A stretch of DNA of 64,000 bases, from positions 27,156,001 to 27,220,000 of the forward strand of contig NC_079170.1 of the NCBI RefSeq assembly GCF_947568905.1, in the 5' to 3' direction. Below are positions 12,946-26,399 of the stretch, piece after piece. This DNA comes from Ostrea edulis (taxonomy: Eukaryota). The translations under genes were made by a program, and so were the position numbers. Positions within the stretch are counted from its first letter, which is position 1, and the number at the start of each line of letters is the position of its first letter. A model generated the notes under the pieces. The model did not search any database. It saw nothing but the letters and a program-made list of their open reading frames with translations, and was not told the DNA's origin.

Positions 12946-13618
12946 GTTTCTTCTGAAAAACATATATTAAATACTTTACATATTTCTCTGATATGAGCGA
13001 CAAAAATTTGCAATATCTTCAGATCAGTTCACAATTTTTATTAATGTAGTCAAAATGTTGAAAGTGTTAAATTAGATGTTAGGGTCTCTATTGTCTCGTT
13101 TGCATTCGTCAAACTTATTTTCGAATCAATCATCATTATGAATCACATATTACTAATCTCCAAAAATAACCAATATATCATATCTTACAAAATATATCAT
13201 ATTGTACACAAAATCATAATATTGTAAACCATACCCAGTTGACGTACTCTTATTTATCATATTTTTCACAAATAGTTCTCAAATGCTTTCTTCATTGTAT
13301 ACCAATTACACACAAAAATACACAAAATTACTAACTTATGCATATATTATCTATTTAACTGCGTTTATCAGAATTTCATTTTAAAATCATCAATGAATTG
13401 TGTACGCTGTTTGCAACATGTTATATAGTATACAATGAAGGGTATCTTGTAGGGGAGAAAGGGGGTTAAGGGAATATGATGCTAAGATGAAAGTAATTAA
13501 ATTCTTCTGAAAATCATTTTATCACAGAAAGGAGGTCTCTCCTGTCGAAAAAATGACATCTTTTATAAATGTTAATAACTACGTTTCCATGGAAACAACC
13601 CCTGACCATAACAATATT

Positions 13619-14272
13619 ATGTAAAACTTATACGGTACCAATTTTGATGCACCAGATGCGCATTTCGATAAAATAATGTCTCTTCAGTGATGCTCATCCG
13701 AAATGTTTGAAATCCGAAATAATAATGAAGTTTTAGAGCTATTATAGCCAAAGACAGCGTACCAAAAAAAAGTGGCGTCAAATTCGTCTAAGGATAAGAG
13801 CTATGCATGAGGGAGATAATCCTTAATTTTGAAAAATGAATTTCTAAATTTTATAAGAACAATTATATATACATCTGTATTTTCAAGCTAGTAACAAAGT
13901 ACTTAGCTACTGGGCTGTAGAGACCCTCGGGGACTAACAGTCCACCAGCAGAGGCCTCGACCCAGGGGTCATAATGTAAAACTTATACGGTACCAATTTT
14001 GATGCACCAGATGCGCATATCGACAAATAATGTCTCTTCAGTGATCCTCATCCGAAATGTTTGAAATCCGAAATAACAATGAAGTTTTATAGCTATTATA
14101 GCCAAAAACAGCGTGCCAAAAAAAGTGGAATCAAATTCGTCTAAGGATAAGAGCTATGCATGAGGGAGATAATCCTTAATTTTGAAATGAATTTCTAAAT
14201 ATTATAACATTAATTAAATATACATCCGTATTTTCAAGCTAGTAACGAAGTACTTAGCTACTGGGCTGTAGA
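13619..14272 (-). mobile_element. Retrozyme-like element, ~1.8 tandem 355-bp monomers, both hammerheads mutated
   Basis: Period 355 (13621 vs 13976). Hammerhead at 13645-13696 has a weakened stem II; the one at ~14000-14050 has GAAA>GATA. Confidence 0.85.
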
Positions 14273-14809
14273 TAGTTATACTATAATTAAGAATCCCACC
14301 AACCATTTATTAGATATGTACAATCATGTTAATGTGCATGATTATGCATAACTGAATTTTGTGGCCTTCCTTAAATATTTTTGTCTGGTATTATGAAATT
14401 TTGCTGTTTGTCGTTTGGAATTACAAACATTATTGATAAAAACTGAGTCATCAATTTGATTTAAATCTGCATTATTATACATTTTATGAAGATGAGAAGC
14501 ATTTTTCTATTTCTAGGTTGTTTGTGTTACAGGGAGATAACAACAATGGAAACATGGCGGATTCGCTAACTCACTAACTCTCGTGTTATTCTATTCATAG
14601 TACAAAAACACATTCCTTCCAAAAGAAAGTATACAGTGCCTAGCACGTGTATTTTATCATATAATCCTTCATATCAAACGTAACAACATTGTTCATAGTA
14701 TTCATCATATTAGTTGTTCAAACAAACTTTTATGAAACTCAATTTTGCACTTGTCTTTTCGTGAGTTTAAATAAACTAACAGAAAATGATAGAAAAACAT
14801 TGAACTTAC

Positions 14810-14875
14810 CTACTGTGTATTAAGCCTGTGAATGAAAGATCGATTTGTCGTGGGTGCGTATGTTTTGTTTATATA
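14810..14875 (-). promoter_or_regulatory. Candidate TATA box plus short non-coding first exon of G1
   Basis: TATATAAA at 14875-14868 and a strong AG|GTAAGT donor at 14810. The G1 signal exon begins at an acceptor, so an upstream exon is required. Assignment is inference. Confidence 0.35.
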
Positions 14876-15049
14876 CAGACAGTTTTGTGTTGTCGTGTGT
14901 ATTGTTTTCATTTTAATTGCCTAAATTCCTATATAATTGACGCCAGTTACATGGAAGACTTTTTCCTTCCTATCCAGGCAGATTTCAGAGTAATAAAATA
15001 TTTTTGTAGCATTAACTTCAACCTACCAAGGATATGGAACACATATTAA

Positions 15050-17640
15050 AAACAAGAGGCTCTCAGGCCTCATCGGTCACCTGAGTATTGATTAAAAGTA
15101 TCACTAGACCAAATAGCTGTGAACTCTATGATGATTTTCCTGTTCTGCATATCTAAGGTAAATTCTAATATTCAACAGCAAAATAAAAAATATATATATT
15201 TATATATTTCTCTGAAAAACATCATTCTGATACTGTCACCATTGTAAACATCTAAGTTTTGTTTTTCATTATCAAGTTTATAGTAGGGAATAGTGTTATC
15301 AGGAAAAATGAATAAAATAAAAATAATAAATACATGCATTTTTGTCAATGCAGAAATGAATAATAAGGAGTAAAAATGCATATGTTTATCAATAAATTTA
15401 TTTAAAATAAATATTTAAACGAATAAATAATAAATGCGAATAAATAATTAAATAGAAAAATACGCAGAAATACACAGAAAGTCAGTGAAATATACAAGTA
15501 TATATTCATGATAATTATTATGTCTATGAAATATCCCTGCATATTTTATGTGAAATCTTATGAGAGTAAATCTTGCACACGCACATCTGTACCTTTTTTT
15601 TCAAAAAGTAGATATTGTCACTTTACACAATCTAAAATCACAATTATACCAAAAGATCAAATCATGTTTGATTTCTTTAACTAGATGTAAAACTAAAACT
15701 ACTTGTATATATATACTTATATCAATTGTTGCTGGTTTTTCTCTATCTTTTTTTTTTGGAGGGAGACAGTCTTATCTTATATATCTGATGGTCAATTTCC
15801 TGGATTTGATTTCATTGCATATATAATATACAATAGGTTTGAGTACAAGTTCAGACAACTTAAGAGGTCCTCACTTTCTTTCTATGAGCTTTTTGTGATA
15901 CGTCTTGCAATACCCCCATGATTTTGAATTCTAATGTGATTAACTCGAAAGGTATTATAGAACATCTGAAACCATGAATAGACCATTATGAGGATTGTAA
16001 CCTGATGGTCAAAATTTGCTAAAATTTACAATAAATCTATGATTAAAGAGGGCATCATTTTTAAAGTCTAGTAAGGATAGCTTTACCAAATTGTGTAAAA
16101 TTCTTGAAAAGCAAAAATAAATAAATGTTAAATAGACACTAATAAAAAATACCACGTTGTGTTCACAAAACTTTCAAAATATTAAATATTTCGGTGATGG
16201 GATATAGCCATCTATATTTACCTTAAAACATATTTTTGCCTAGGCTTCGATTTCCCTTCCTAAATTTAGGGAGCTCGTTCATCCATCAAAAATACATTGA
16301 GTCAATATTCATAATTTTATTCTTACATTTTTCAGTTGTCAGTTGAGTGTTCATTTTTTATTCGCTTTCCGTTATTCAAATACATGCAATGTTACTATTA
16401 GTTATTTTCAAATGCAACATTAGTTATATGGGTAAATTTACACCCTCCACTTTTTTTTTATAAAAGTAATGAATAGTAAGAATGTAAGCTTGAACTGGTG
16501 GATTGAAACCATGGCGTGAAAGTGGAAAGCTACCACTCCTCCTCCAATCTAACACTCCCAGTCTCATGCTTAACTATCTTCGAAGAAACACTGGACCAAT
16601 TGCAATCAATTTTTTTTTCACAAATCATCATTGAGCAAAGGACATTTATGTTTGTTCAATTCCGCTACCCATGAGGTAGGGTGGGGCCACAATTACAATG
16701 CACATACAGCTCTTACAGTGCTGTATTAAAAGAAACCTGTAGTTTGCTATTATACCGATGTCCTTTCTACGTATTTAATTATTCATAAAGGTTGTTTTAA
16801 ATTCTTTTATATGTTATTTGGGTAATCATATCATTACATTGGGCGTTATATATTAATAATAATAATTATGCATTTTAATTGTAATACTATGAATATTTTA
16901 TTCACATGTATGTACACATCGATTTCATATTATCTCTTCTTTCACATTTGTAAAGCGCTTTAGAGAACTAATGCTGATAGGGCGCTATATAAATCTTTTA
17001 ATTACAGAGTTTTATATGGGAATATACATGAAATGAAATTCTTCTCTAGAGTAACAGGGCCACACTAAAAGAAATCCCAATGCAAATGTTCCCATGTTGT
17101 GTGGATAAAAGAAAATTAAGCTCCCGCGACAATGGTCAGAGCATATGATATTGTCCTGCCTGTAAGTATGTCTCAACATTTAACTGTGATATTGCTCATA
17201 ACTTTTGAATAGTGATTGATAGAGCTGTCATAATTCATATCCACATTCCTTAAAGCTTGTGACAAGACCTTATTTTTGCGCCAAAGCGTTTAACCTTTTG
17301 ATCTTGGCCTTAAATAGTTCAGGAGTTTAACTTACTTTTAAGAAAACGTAACCTATCTTACCTCATGAACTATATAAGGTAGTGCTTTCACAATTTGTAT
17401 ATAAATTACCTTTAGTAGAGCTTTAAATTTCATGCACGATATTTAACCTTGTGAACTTGACCTTGGAGTATGACCTTGGAGTATGATTTTTAAAGTTTCT
17501 AACCTTGTGACCCTAACCTTGGAGTTTGAACCACTCTTAAGAAAACCTAACCTGTCAAATATGTCATGAACCTTAATAACACACTATGTATATATAAATT
17601 CTATATGGTAAAGCCGTTTATTTATTATTATGATGTTTGA
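15050..17640. mobile_element. Cluster of Helentron/HINE-like fragments
   Basis: AACAAGAGGC..CATCGGTCACCTGAG end motif at 15051 and TGACCTTG-rich core repeats at ~16480-16730 and ~17030-17640, resembling bivalve non-autonomous Helentrons. Borders uncertain. Confidence 0.5.
16949..17003 (+). mobile_element. L2/CR1-type LINE 3' tail
   Basis: TGTAAAGCGCTTTAGAG..GGCGCTATATAAAT, the conserved L2-type 3' stem-loop. Confidence 0.6.
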
Positions 17641-17644
17641 CCTT

Positions 17645-17850
17645 GTTCATATGTTTGTTTGAAGTCCCTTCGAGAACTTTTCACTCAATGAGACGTCACC
17701 AACTGTAGGTTTGTAACTATGCTTTATAAGCGCTCAGGGCCGTACCAGGGTGGATTCTTTAATATGCCAACGCCTGCCACGACAGGGGACCTCCGTTTTA
17801 AGGTAATATCCGAAAATAACGCAATACTCGCTTTTAAGGTGACCCACTAC
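17645..17850 (-). mobile_element. Degenerate SINE-like fragment
   Basis: TCGAGAACTTTTCACTCA..GAGACGTCACCA..CCTCCGTTTTAAGG resembles the reverse of a common oyster SINE body, recalled rather than searched. Confidence 0.4.
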
Positions 17851-17924
17851 ACCCAGAAATAGTTTCTCAAATCTGTACGAATTGATTTAATTATAAAAGA
17901 CATGATGATATAAAATAAGCATAT

Positions 17925-18390
17925 ATGCTAAAAAGCTGCATCACTGGCAAATTGACCACTTATTTCGATCTCAAACAAAACTTCAATACTGAAAAGTATT
18001 TATTTTTGAAAAATTATGAACAACAAAAGATAATATGCAAATTTAGAATAAGTGCTCACAATCTCAGATTTGAGAGTGGGAGGTATGAAAAAATAACTAA
18101 CACTGAAAGTGGAAAAAAGCTATACTTGAGCGAAACAATATGATTTGCAATATGCATGACACGAATTGTGTGGGAGATGAGATACAATCACTTATTGGTT
18201 GTCCTTTATATACAAATGAAAGTCAGACCTTTTTCATATTTTCAAATGTAATACAAACTTTTTAGATTTCTTAAGTAAAGAAAAATTTCTGTGGCTGATG
18301 TCAAACGACGATAACATGTTTTTAACCAAGCTTGGGGAATTTTTAATCAGCATTTTAGAAATGAGAAAACAATAATATACATTTAAGAGG
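17925..18390 (+). mobile_element. Non-LTR retrotransposon ORF2 C-terminal fragment
   Basis: KLTTYFDLKQNFNTEKYL..KFRISAHNLRFESGRY followed by a frameshifted zinc-knuckle region. Confidence 0.7.
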
Positions 18391-19208
18391 TAAAAGTTAC
18401 GGAAGCGTATTACTGCCAATTGATATAGTTTTTTGCTATGTCTTACGTACGAGATACTAAGTCATACGTACGAGATAATATGTCGTACGCACGAGATAAT
18501 AAGTCGTTATCACGAGATAACATTTCGTACGTACGAGATAATAAGTCGTTTTAACGAGATAATAAGTTGTAATTTCGAGATAATAAGTCGTACGAACAAA
18601 ATAACAAGTCATAATAATGACATACTAACTCGTACGGAGGAGAAACACTTAGTTCTACGAACGACATAATAAGTCGTTATAACAAGATACTAAGTTGTAA
18701 TAACACTATAACATCTCGTAATAACGAGATACTTAATCATACAAACGAGATAATAAGTCGTATGGACGAGATAATAAGTCGTACGTACGACATAATAAGT
18801 CGTAGTAACGATATGATAAATCATTATAACGAGATAATAAGTCATACAAACGACATACACTAAGTCGTACGTACGAGATAATAAGTGGTTTGAACGATAT
18901 AATAATATGTAGGACGTACAATAGATTTCTAGCCACGAAGATGACCTTTAAGTTATAGATCTCGTAAAGGTATGTGCTTCTAGTATTAGAGCCGAGTTTG
19001 TGTCCTTACAAGTACTCAATAGTTCCCTTTAGTTGCAAGAATATTATGTTTCCTCAGCCGATTATGTTGTGGGGTTTTTTTTTTAAGATAGTTCCGTGTT
19101 ACAATTTATATCACGTGGTCAACACTTGAAAACTGACCAGCAACAACAAAGTCGATCAAATCTATTTTGTAAATGTAGTCCGAGGCAAATTGACCTACTA
19201 GTAAACAT

Positions 19209-19269
<61 letters not shown>

Positions 19270-20129
19270 GTAATGTATGGGATTAATTTTGATAATTGTA
19301 TATTGTTGATTAGTTCTATGTTATAAGTTATTAATTAATTTTATAAGGATTATCACTATATCTATTCTGCACAAAATTAGGAGTGTTTATAGCGTTATAC
19401 ACAATACGCAAAAAGAATGCATATATGTTATTAATTTATTTGTTCCACTTAAACATTTCATTCTTGTGGTACTTAGCCGTTATTGATGTGATAGTATGAA
19501 TTTCTATATGTATTTATTGTTTTTAGATGTGATGTTTCTGTAATCTGAGGACAGATTAACAATTTTCATGGGGAGAATGTGATAGTATTAATATGAATTT
19601 CTATATGTATTTATTCGTTTTGATATTTTTCATTTATCGTTTTGCTAAATACAATCATAAAATTCAATTTACCGTAAGTTCAATTGCGCATGTGGAATGA
19701 GTTGTCTGAGTAAAGTTTTATTCTGTTATTTCATTGGTTCTTTGATTTCATTGGTCATTTCATATTTCTTTAACCAATAATAGTATTTTAGTACATGTAT
19801 AAATCTACCGCGCTTACCTATGTAGTTAGAGCAGTAATACGTTTTGAAGAGTTACAACCAGCTGATATCTTCCGCATCTTATGGTATGTTATTTCTATAT
19901 TTAAGTATATGTTTCATTTCCATATAAAAAGCTGATATACGTAATTATTTTGATTGCAAGTTATTTACTTTATTGTGATTTTGCTTTCAAAGTCGTAATG
20001 ATTATATGAGTCTGTAAGATCTTAATCTAAATTGTTTACAAAACATATGTACATATTTGTATAAAGTATAGCATGCTTCTAAAATGTTTACTTTGGGTAA
20101 AATTTACAATTGTCATATTTCACTTATGT

Positions 20130-20360
20130 AAAACTCCTACGGTACCAATTTTGATGCACCAGATGCGCATTTCGACAAATAATGTCTCTTCAGTGATGCT
20201 CAACCGAAATGTTTGAAATCCGAAATAACAATGAAGTTTTAGAGCTAATTATAGCGAAAAACAGCGGCCCAAAATGTGGAGTCAAATTTGTCTAAGGATA
20301 AGAGCTATGCATGAGGGAGAAAATCCTTAATTTTGAAATGAATTTTTAAATTTTATAACA
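20130..20360 (-). mobile_element. Retrozyme-like element, 5'-truncated, with 8-bp TSD
   Basis: ACTTATGT at 20122-20129 and 20361-20368; empty site in unit A at ~3177. Confidence 0.88.
20152..20202 (-). ncRNA. Type I hammerhead ribozyme, intact core
   Basis: Minus strand GCAUCA-CUGAAGA-GACA UUAUU UGUC-GAAA-UGCGCA-UC/UGGUGC: stem I 6 bp, stem II 4 bp, palindromic stem III AUGCGCAU, AUC cleavage triplet. Confidence 0.85.
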
Positions 20361-21133
20361 ACTTATGTTTTTCTTTCTTGATTTGTAATATTATTTATCC
20401 GTTATTGTAGGTCAATGCCTTTATTTTCTACTGAATAAATTAATGAAACCAACATCTGCCTTCCTCCTCGGTTACACTGATGTACAAATTGAAACATTGT
20501 AGATTCGATGGATCTTCTTGTTGAGTTGCTGAGCAAACGCAGTGTACATAAAAGCCAATTAAACAAATCATGCGAAGATAAGGTATTGACATATTTCATT
20601 CTTTTTCATAATTACTTGCTATTTAAGGCCGTCCGTGCTCATATTTAACTACTGTTTCTGTATGGCTGGGTGTCATTTTCATTTGCCTGTAATTAAACAT
20701 TATGACGCTAAATGTGTTACGATTTATCAAATTGAAAACATAGGCTTTGAACAAACTTCATGCAAGATAACACTTATTTTAATTTATGAATAAAATGCGA
20801 TATATTACATTTATACTCAATATTTCACATTGTATTTTGTAGCTTATGTTTGTAAATACTTCTTGGGGTCTATTTTCAGTACATCGATAATAAAATCGCG
20901 TATTAATTGTACATATAGCAAAATAAAATGGTTGATACATGTAGGTGCTCTACACATGGACCGGTTGATAGGCGCTCAACACATTCTATACCTCTGTTCT
21001 GTTGTTTATTCTTTAAGATGCTTAGAATAGAAATATTTTATGTTCGGATGAGTGTAACGAAGGAGAACATAAATATAGTGTCTATTTATAGTCTGTATGA
21101 TACCAACCTATATTCACCAGTTTATACATACTC

Positions 21134-21859
21134 TCGCTGTGACCTTCAATTCGACTTATAGATATATCGATGACGTTTTGTCTATTAACAATGATAGCTT
21201 TCATTCATATGTCGATTTGATATATCCCTGTGAGCTCGAAATAAAGGACACCACAGAGTCGTCCACTTCTGCTTCATACTTAGATATTTTATTGAAAGTA
21301 GACATTAACGGCAAACTAACAACTCAACTGTATGACAAATGGGATGATTTCAGCTTCTCCATCGTCAACTTCCCACATTTATGTAGCAATATTCCATTAT
21401 CACCTGCATATGGTGTTTATATATCTCAACTGATTCGATATGCAAGAGCTGGTTCTGGGTATAGTCAGTTTTTAAATTGAGGCAATCTACTGACAAACAA
21501 GTTGATGGTACAGGGATTTCAACAGTCTCGATTGAAGTCAGCATTTCGCAAATTCTATGGTCGTTATAACGATCTAGTTCGTCCATACAACCTTTACATT
21601 CGGTCAAATGCTGTCTGACGTGTTTCATACCGATTGTTAAGCCGTTCTTGGCATACCGATTTTGACTACGGATAACTCCGTTTACCTGATCAGGATATGG
21701 GGCTCACGGCGGGTGTGACCGGTCAACAGGGGATGCTTACTCCTCTTAGGCACCTGATCCCACATCTGGTGTGTCCAGGGGTCCGTGTTTGCCCAACTAT
21801 CTATTTTGTATTGCTTGTAGGAGTTATGAGATTGATCACTATTCGTTATCTTCACCTTG
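21134..21859 (+). mobile_element. Young 5'-truncated Penelope-like (Naiad-type) retroelement with 7-bp TSD
   Basis: RT motif YRYIDDVLSINN..EIKDTTES..YLD..LYDKWDDFSFSIVNFP..SPAYGVYISQLIRYAR, one premature stop. CATACTC at 21127-21133 and 21860-21866; absent in unit A. Confidence 0.88.
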
Positions 21860-22945
21860 CATACTCGTATCCTTTGCATAAAGCGAAATTGAAGAATGTT
21901 TTTGTCTACAAATTCACAGGTAAAACTGCCTTCATCCCGAAGTGTTTGAAAGGTATTCATCCAATATTGGCTACAATGCTTTCGGAAAAATTCCCACCAT
22001 GATTCATTCCTCTAATTATGGTTGTTAGATCCACTGTTAGAAGTATAAACTTCCAACCATATGAATGTTCTTGAGAACCCATCTATACAACCGTTTAAAG
22101 GCAAAATACATATGGCTTCAATCTATCATAAGAGTTTACGTGTCATACAAAATCTGGTCCACTGCATAAGTATTTTCGCCTATGCAGTCTGTTTCGCTGT
22201 CTTGTTTTAACGTCCCCGGGAGCAATCACTTGAAGCAACAAACGAACACTCTCCTGATTAACAACAAAACCTTTCTTGATACACAACAGATGTAAAAGTT
22301 TGTATCCATTTTTTGCCAAAAGACGTCTCAAGCTTCTAATACTAATAACAATCCCATTATAAAAAAAAAAAAAACAAGCGACTGCTAAATTTCTTTGTGT
22401 TTAAATACTAACTTGAAATAAAACTTTACAAGCACGTCAGCTGTTTATACGCTGTCCATACTTGTTTGGTGAAATTATGTAATCCATGCGGTTTAATTAT
22501 ATGTCGTAATAACGAATTATGATCTCGTTATTACGGCTTTGTATCTCGTTTGTTCGACTTATTGTCTAGCTATTTCGACTTATTATATCGTACCTACAAC
22601 TTAGTATCTCGTTATTACGACTTATTATGCCATTCGTACGACTAATTATCTAGTCCCTACGACTTATTATGTCTTTCGTATGATTTAATATCTCGTTATT
22701 ACGACTTAGTATCTCGTACGTACGACATATTATCTCATGATAACGACTTATCTCATTCGTACAACTTATTATGTCGTTATTATGACTTAATATATCGTTA
22801 CTACTACTCGTTATGTCTTTTGTCCGACTTATTATCTGGTAAATACAACTTACTATCTTGTTATCACGACTTATTATATTGTAAGTACAACTTAGTATAA
22901 CATTATTACGTTCGTACGACTTATTATCTCATTGTTATGACTTAA

Positions 22946-23587
22946 AGGTAGAGGGGACAGTTTCGCACTATAGGCCCGGTCAACTTTTCAAAAAATGAAA
23001 ATACCCCATATTTGAAGTGATATTACATGTGTAAAAATGTATACAATCAATTTAGGATGCATGTCAAATGTAGCTGAGTGCTTAATAAAATTGTTGATAT
23101 ACAACATGTAGGTGTCACCATGATTCCTAGCATATAGATGGGTGCAATTACGAAACTAAGACACGTGGTCAGTTGTTGAAGAAATTCCGGTGAAAACATG
23201 CAGGGTCCCGCAAAACATGTGTAGCTGTGAGGGAAGGTGGGTGGTCCCATATGAAAGGTAGATTTTTGAGAAGGGCAGATAGGGTTATTGATTGTGCACA
23301 GTGTCTAAATCCCCAGGTTTGGTACTGTGATGGTGTTTGGGTGGTGCGAATTAGCCCAAATGAGAGAAAATCAAAGCAAAAAGAGGGGAGCTGCTCAGAG
23401 CATGTTTTGTGCACCAGTATTTATAGATTACATGTAATTCAGGGTCATAATTTATTAACTACACTAATATGAAATACAAGTATTGACATAAAAGGGAAAT
23501 GATTTTTCATTAGTCTGTCATAATCTGACTTTGATGTATACCCCTATCCACATGTTTCAGAACCAACGAAACTGTCCCCTGCCACCT
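22946..23587. mobile_element. Kolobok-like MITE, duplicated copy
   Basis: Same TIRs and flanks as 5126-5767. Confidence 0.7.
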
Positions 23588-24459
23588 TTACGATGAAGTT
23601 CATGTGACTTATTATGTCATCCGAACGACTTATTATCTCGTTCGTATGATTTAGTATCTCGTTATTACGACTTAATACCTCGTTATTACGGCTTATCATA
23701 TCGTACTTAGTATCTTGTTATAACGACTTAGTATGTCATTCATACGACTTATTATCTCACTATCACGACTTATTATATTGTATGTACAACTTAGTATGAC
23801 ATTATTACGACTTATGATGTCTTTCGTACGACTTATTATCTCGTTTATACGACTTACGATATCGTTCGTACAACTTATTATCTCGTCCGTACGACTTATT
23901 ATCTCGTTAATACGACTTATGATATCGTTCGTACGACTTATTATATCGTCCGTGCGACTTATTATCTCGTTCGTATGATTTAGTATCTCGTTATTACGAC
24001 TTAGTATCTTGTTATTACGACATACCTCTTTAATACAACTTATTATCTCGTAATAACGACTTATTATGTCGTTCGTATGATTTACTATCTCGTACGAACG
24101 ACATTTTATCTCGTAATAACAACTTATTATCTCATACGTTATCTACGGAAACGCATAACTTCCTCGTGTTGTTGTGTTATACCTCAAAATGGCAAATTAA
24201 ATTAGTGTCATTTTCCAATGAAATGTTTATAACGTCATAATTATGTCGAATTGTACAAGGAGATCAGAAAAAATCGATATACTTTGGATGATTTTACCGC
24301 CCTCTTCCAGCTTTATTGACTTTAATCACGTCATGATAACTTTTTGTGTAATAATATTTGCTGCAATAAAAAATGCGTAGAAATATTCTCGCAATTCTGT
24401 ACAAGAAGAATCAATCATATCGATATGATACCGTTTTTCAGGTTTTACTTTCAAAATCA

Positions 24460-24667
24460 CACGGCCTTTCACCTCTGGTCGGCGCGGGTTCGAATCCTGC
24501 TCGCGTCGGTAAGTGTGAAAGTTTCCCAGTTTACTTTCGGAAGGTCGGTGGTCTCTTCCCAGATACATTTGTATCTGGGTTTTTTCTTCCATCAACAAAA
24601 ACAGGGCGCCACCCGATAACTAAAAAATTGTTGAGTGTGGCGAAAAACATCAAAACAATCAATCAAT
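24460..24667 (+). mobile_element. tRNA-derived SINE, duplicated copy
   Basis: Paralogue of 6651-6857; GGTTCGAATCC. Confidence 0.75.
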
Positions 24668-26399
24668 AAAATGAGAATGAAAGAAATGGGGAAGGGTATA
24701 AAATCTTAATTTCACTACATTTCGGGTAATGTTTGCAAAGAAGCCACATCGCTTCAAATTCCTCGTAAACCGAGTGTTTCAACACTCATACCCACGGTTA
24801 GATACACAATTACGCAACCATGGATCCACACTATATATAACAACAAAAAAGGCCTACAAAATATCGAAGAATACATTTACTACTGAAACATACATCTTTC
24901 AACGAATAAAACGATACACAACATGAATGTGTTAAAACAAACACGAAAAGATTCAACGAGATATTTTTTTTTTTTGAAACGACATCCTTAATTCATCAAA
25001 ATTCATTGAAGACAAATTGTCATTATGTTCAATTATATTATTTCAAGCAACAAAATAGGATTCAATCAAACGAAATATATCTATAAAACTAATTCAGTGT
25101 ATATGTATTTGCCATGGAAAATTCGCTTTTCATCGGATAAAAGGATGTTATCATACATGCATTTCAACGCCTAATACCATTTTACAAATTGCAGTTGCAT
25201 TATTTTATCTTATCATGACTTGACGCACACTGAAGAGCAATAAGATAATGATATAGGATAGTTAGGTTTCAGAATTAGTTTTAGATTTATTTTAATCATT
25301 GATGCATTCATCAGAAACTGTATTATAAGAGACGGGTTTTATCTTAAAATCGATGCAATTATTCATTTTAATTAATTTCGAAATCCAATGAAAGCTACGT
25401 AAAAGAAAGACATACATTTGGCATGTTTGATCCCTGACTAGAAAACTACCCTAAACCATAATCAAGAAAGCCAGAACCCTCACGGTCTAGATATCGTCGA
25501 CATGCCATCTAATATTTTGTTAACACTACTTTCAAATTAATTTCTAATAAAAAGATGTTTATACTAATTGACTTCTTAAACTTCTGATTGCCGATCACTC
25601 AATTCCAGCACATGCAACTCAAAAAAGTCACTTACAATAGGAAACCTATATCACACTGCCCCGATCTTTGAAGCAAATCATTTTTTATTATACGGATATA
25701 ATTTGTTCTGAAACACTGCTAAAAGTTTAATTTAAAAACATTAAAGATTTAACTTCTACTCGTACTTTTCTATGGAAGTAACTGTCATTAGAGGCAAGAT
25801 CTGCTATCAACTCTTTAAAGACAAGTGCATGTAGTTGATCCGCAGCAGTAAAACGAAGTCTACTATGAAAAACTGCGACGGTGTAATGCGGAAAGGATAA
25901 ACATTCCGTCGCTGGGACGCAGTAAATAAGGGATCCGCGTTGGCTGAACTGTAGGTTCCTGACCCTACCTCTGGTGTGTCGAGGAGTACTCGTTTGCACT
26001 TTTCTTAATTTTCTATTCTTTATAGAATTTTAGATTCATCATTGTTCGTTATCTTCATTTGTTCAGAGAAAACAATGTAAAGAATGAAAACCTTGAAAGA
26101 TGTTGCTTTCACAAATTTCGCTATAAAAACCAGTACAATAGTTTTTCATGTAATATCAAATTTCATGGAATAAGATTTTTTCTCCCAGATACACTATTAC
26201 AATCATACAGAAGATGTTTTGTGTCGTCATTTACCGTACATGATCCGCATGATAGAGATATATTTTTGTGTCGATTACTTACACGTACCTTATTTTACCT
26301 TACCATTCTCTCGATGAATTAAAGACTTTTCTTTTTGGCATTATAGACATATGCTTCTTCAATAAAAATACGATAACATTCATGTCTTGTGATTAGTTA

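Larger units (their letters stand above)
1118..13480. repeat. Segmental duplication unit A (paralogous to 18042-30490)
   Basis: Colinear from TTTAGAATAAGTGCTCACAATCTCAG (1118 vs 18042) to TAGTATACAATG(A/G)AGGGTATCTT (~13430 vs ~30450). Similarity looks high up to ~9540, breaks at 9540-10280, then resumes at a lower level. Confidence 0.93.
18398..24143 (-). mobile_element. IS3EU-like DNA transposon, duplicated copy
   Basis: Same TACGGAAGCGTA start and 21-bp arrays; transposase remnant at ~21867-22340 is interrupted by a Penelope-like insertion. Confidence 0.65.

Noticed and set aside
21097-21133. 127-aa ORF as a host gene
   Set aside because: A chimera of antisense transposon flank and PLE RT, with the junction at the TSD.
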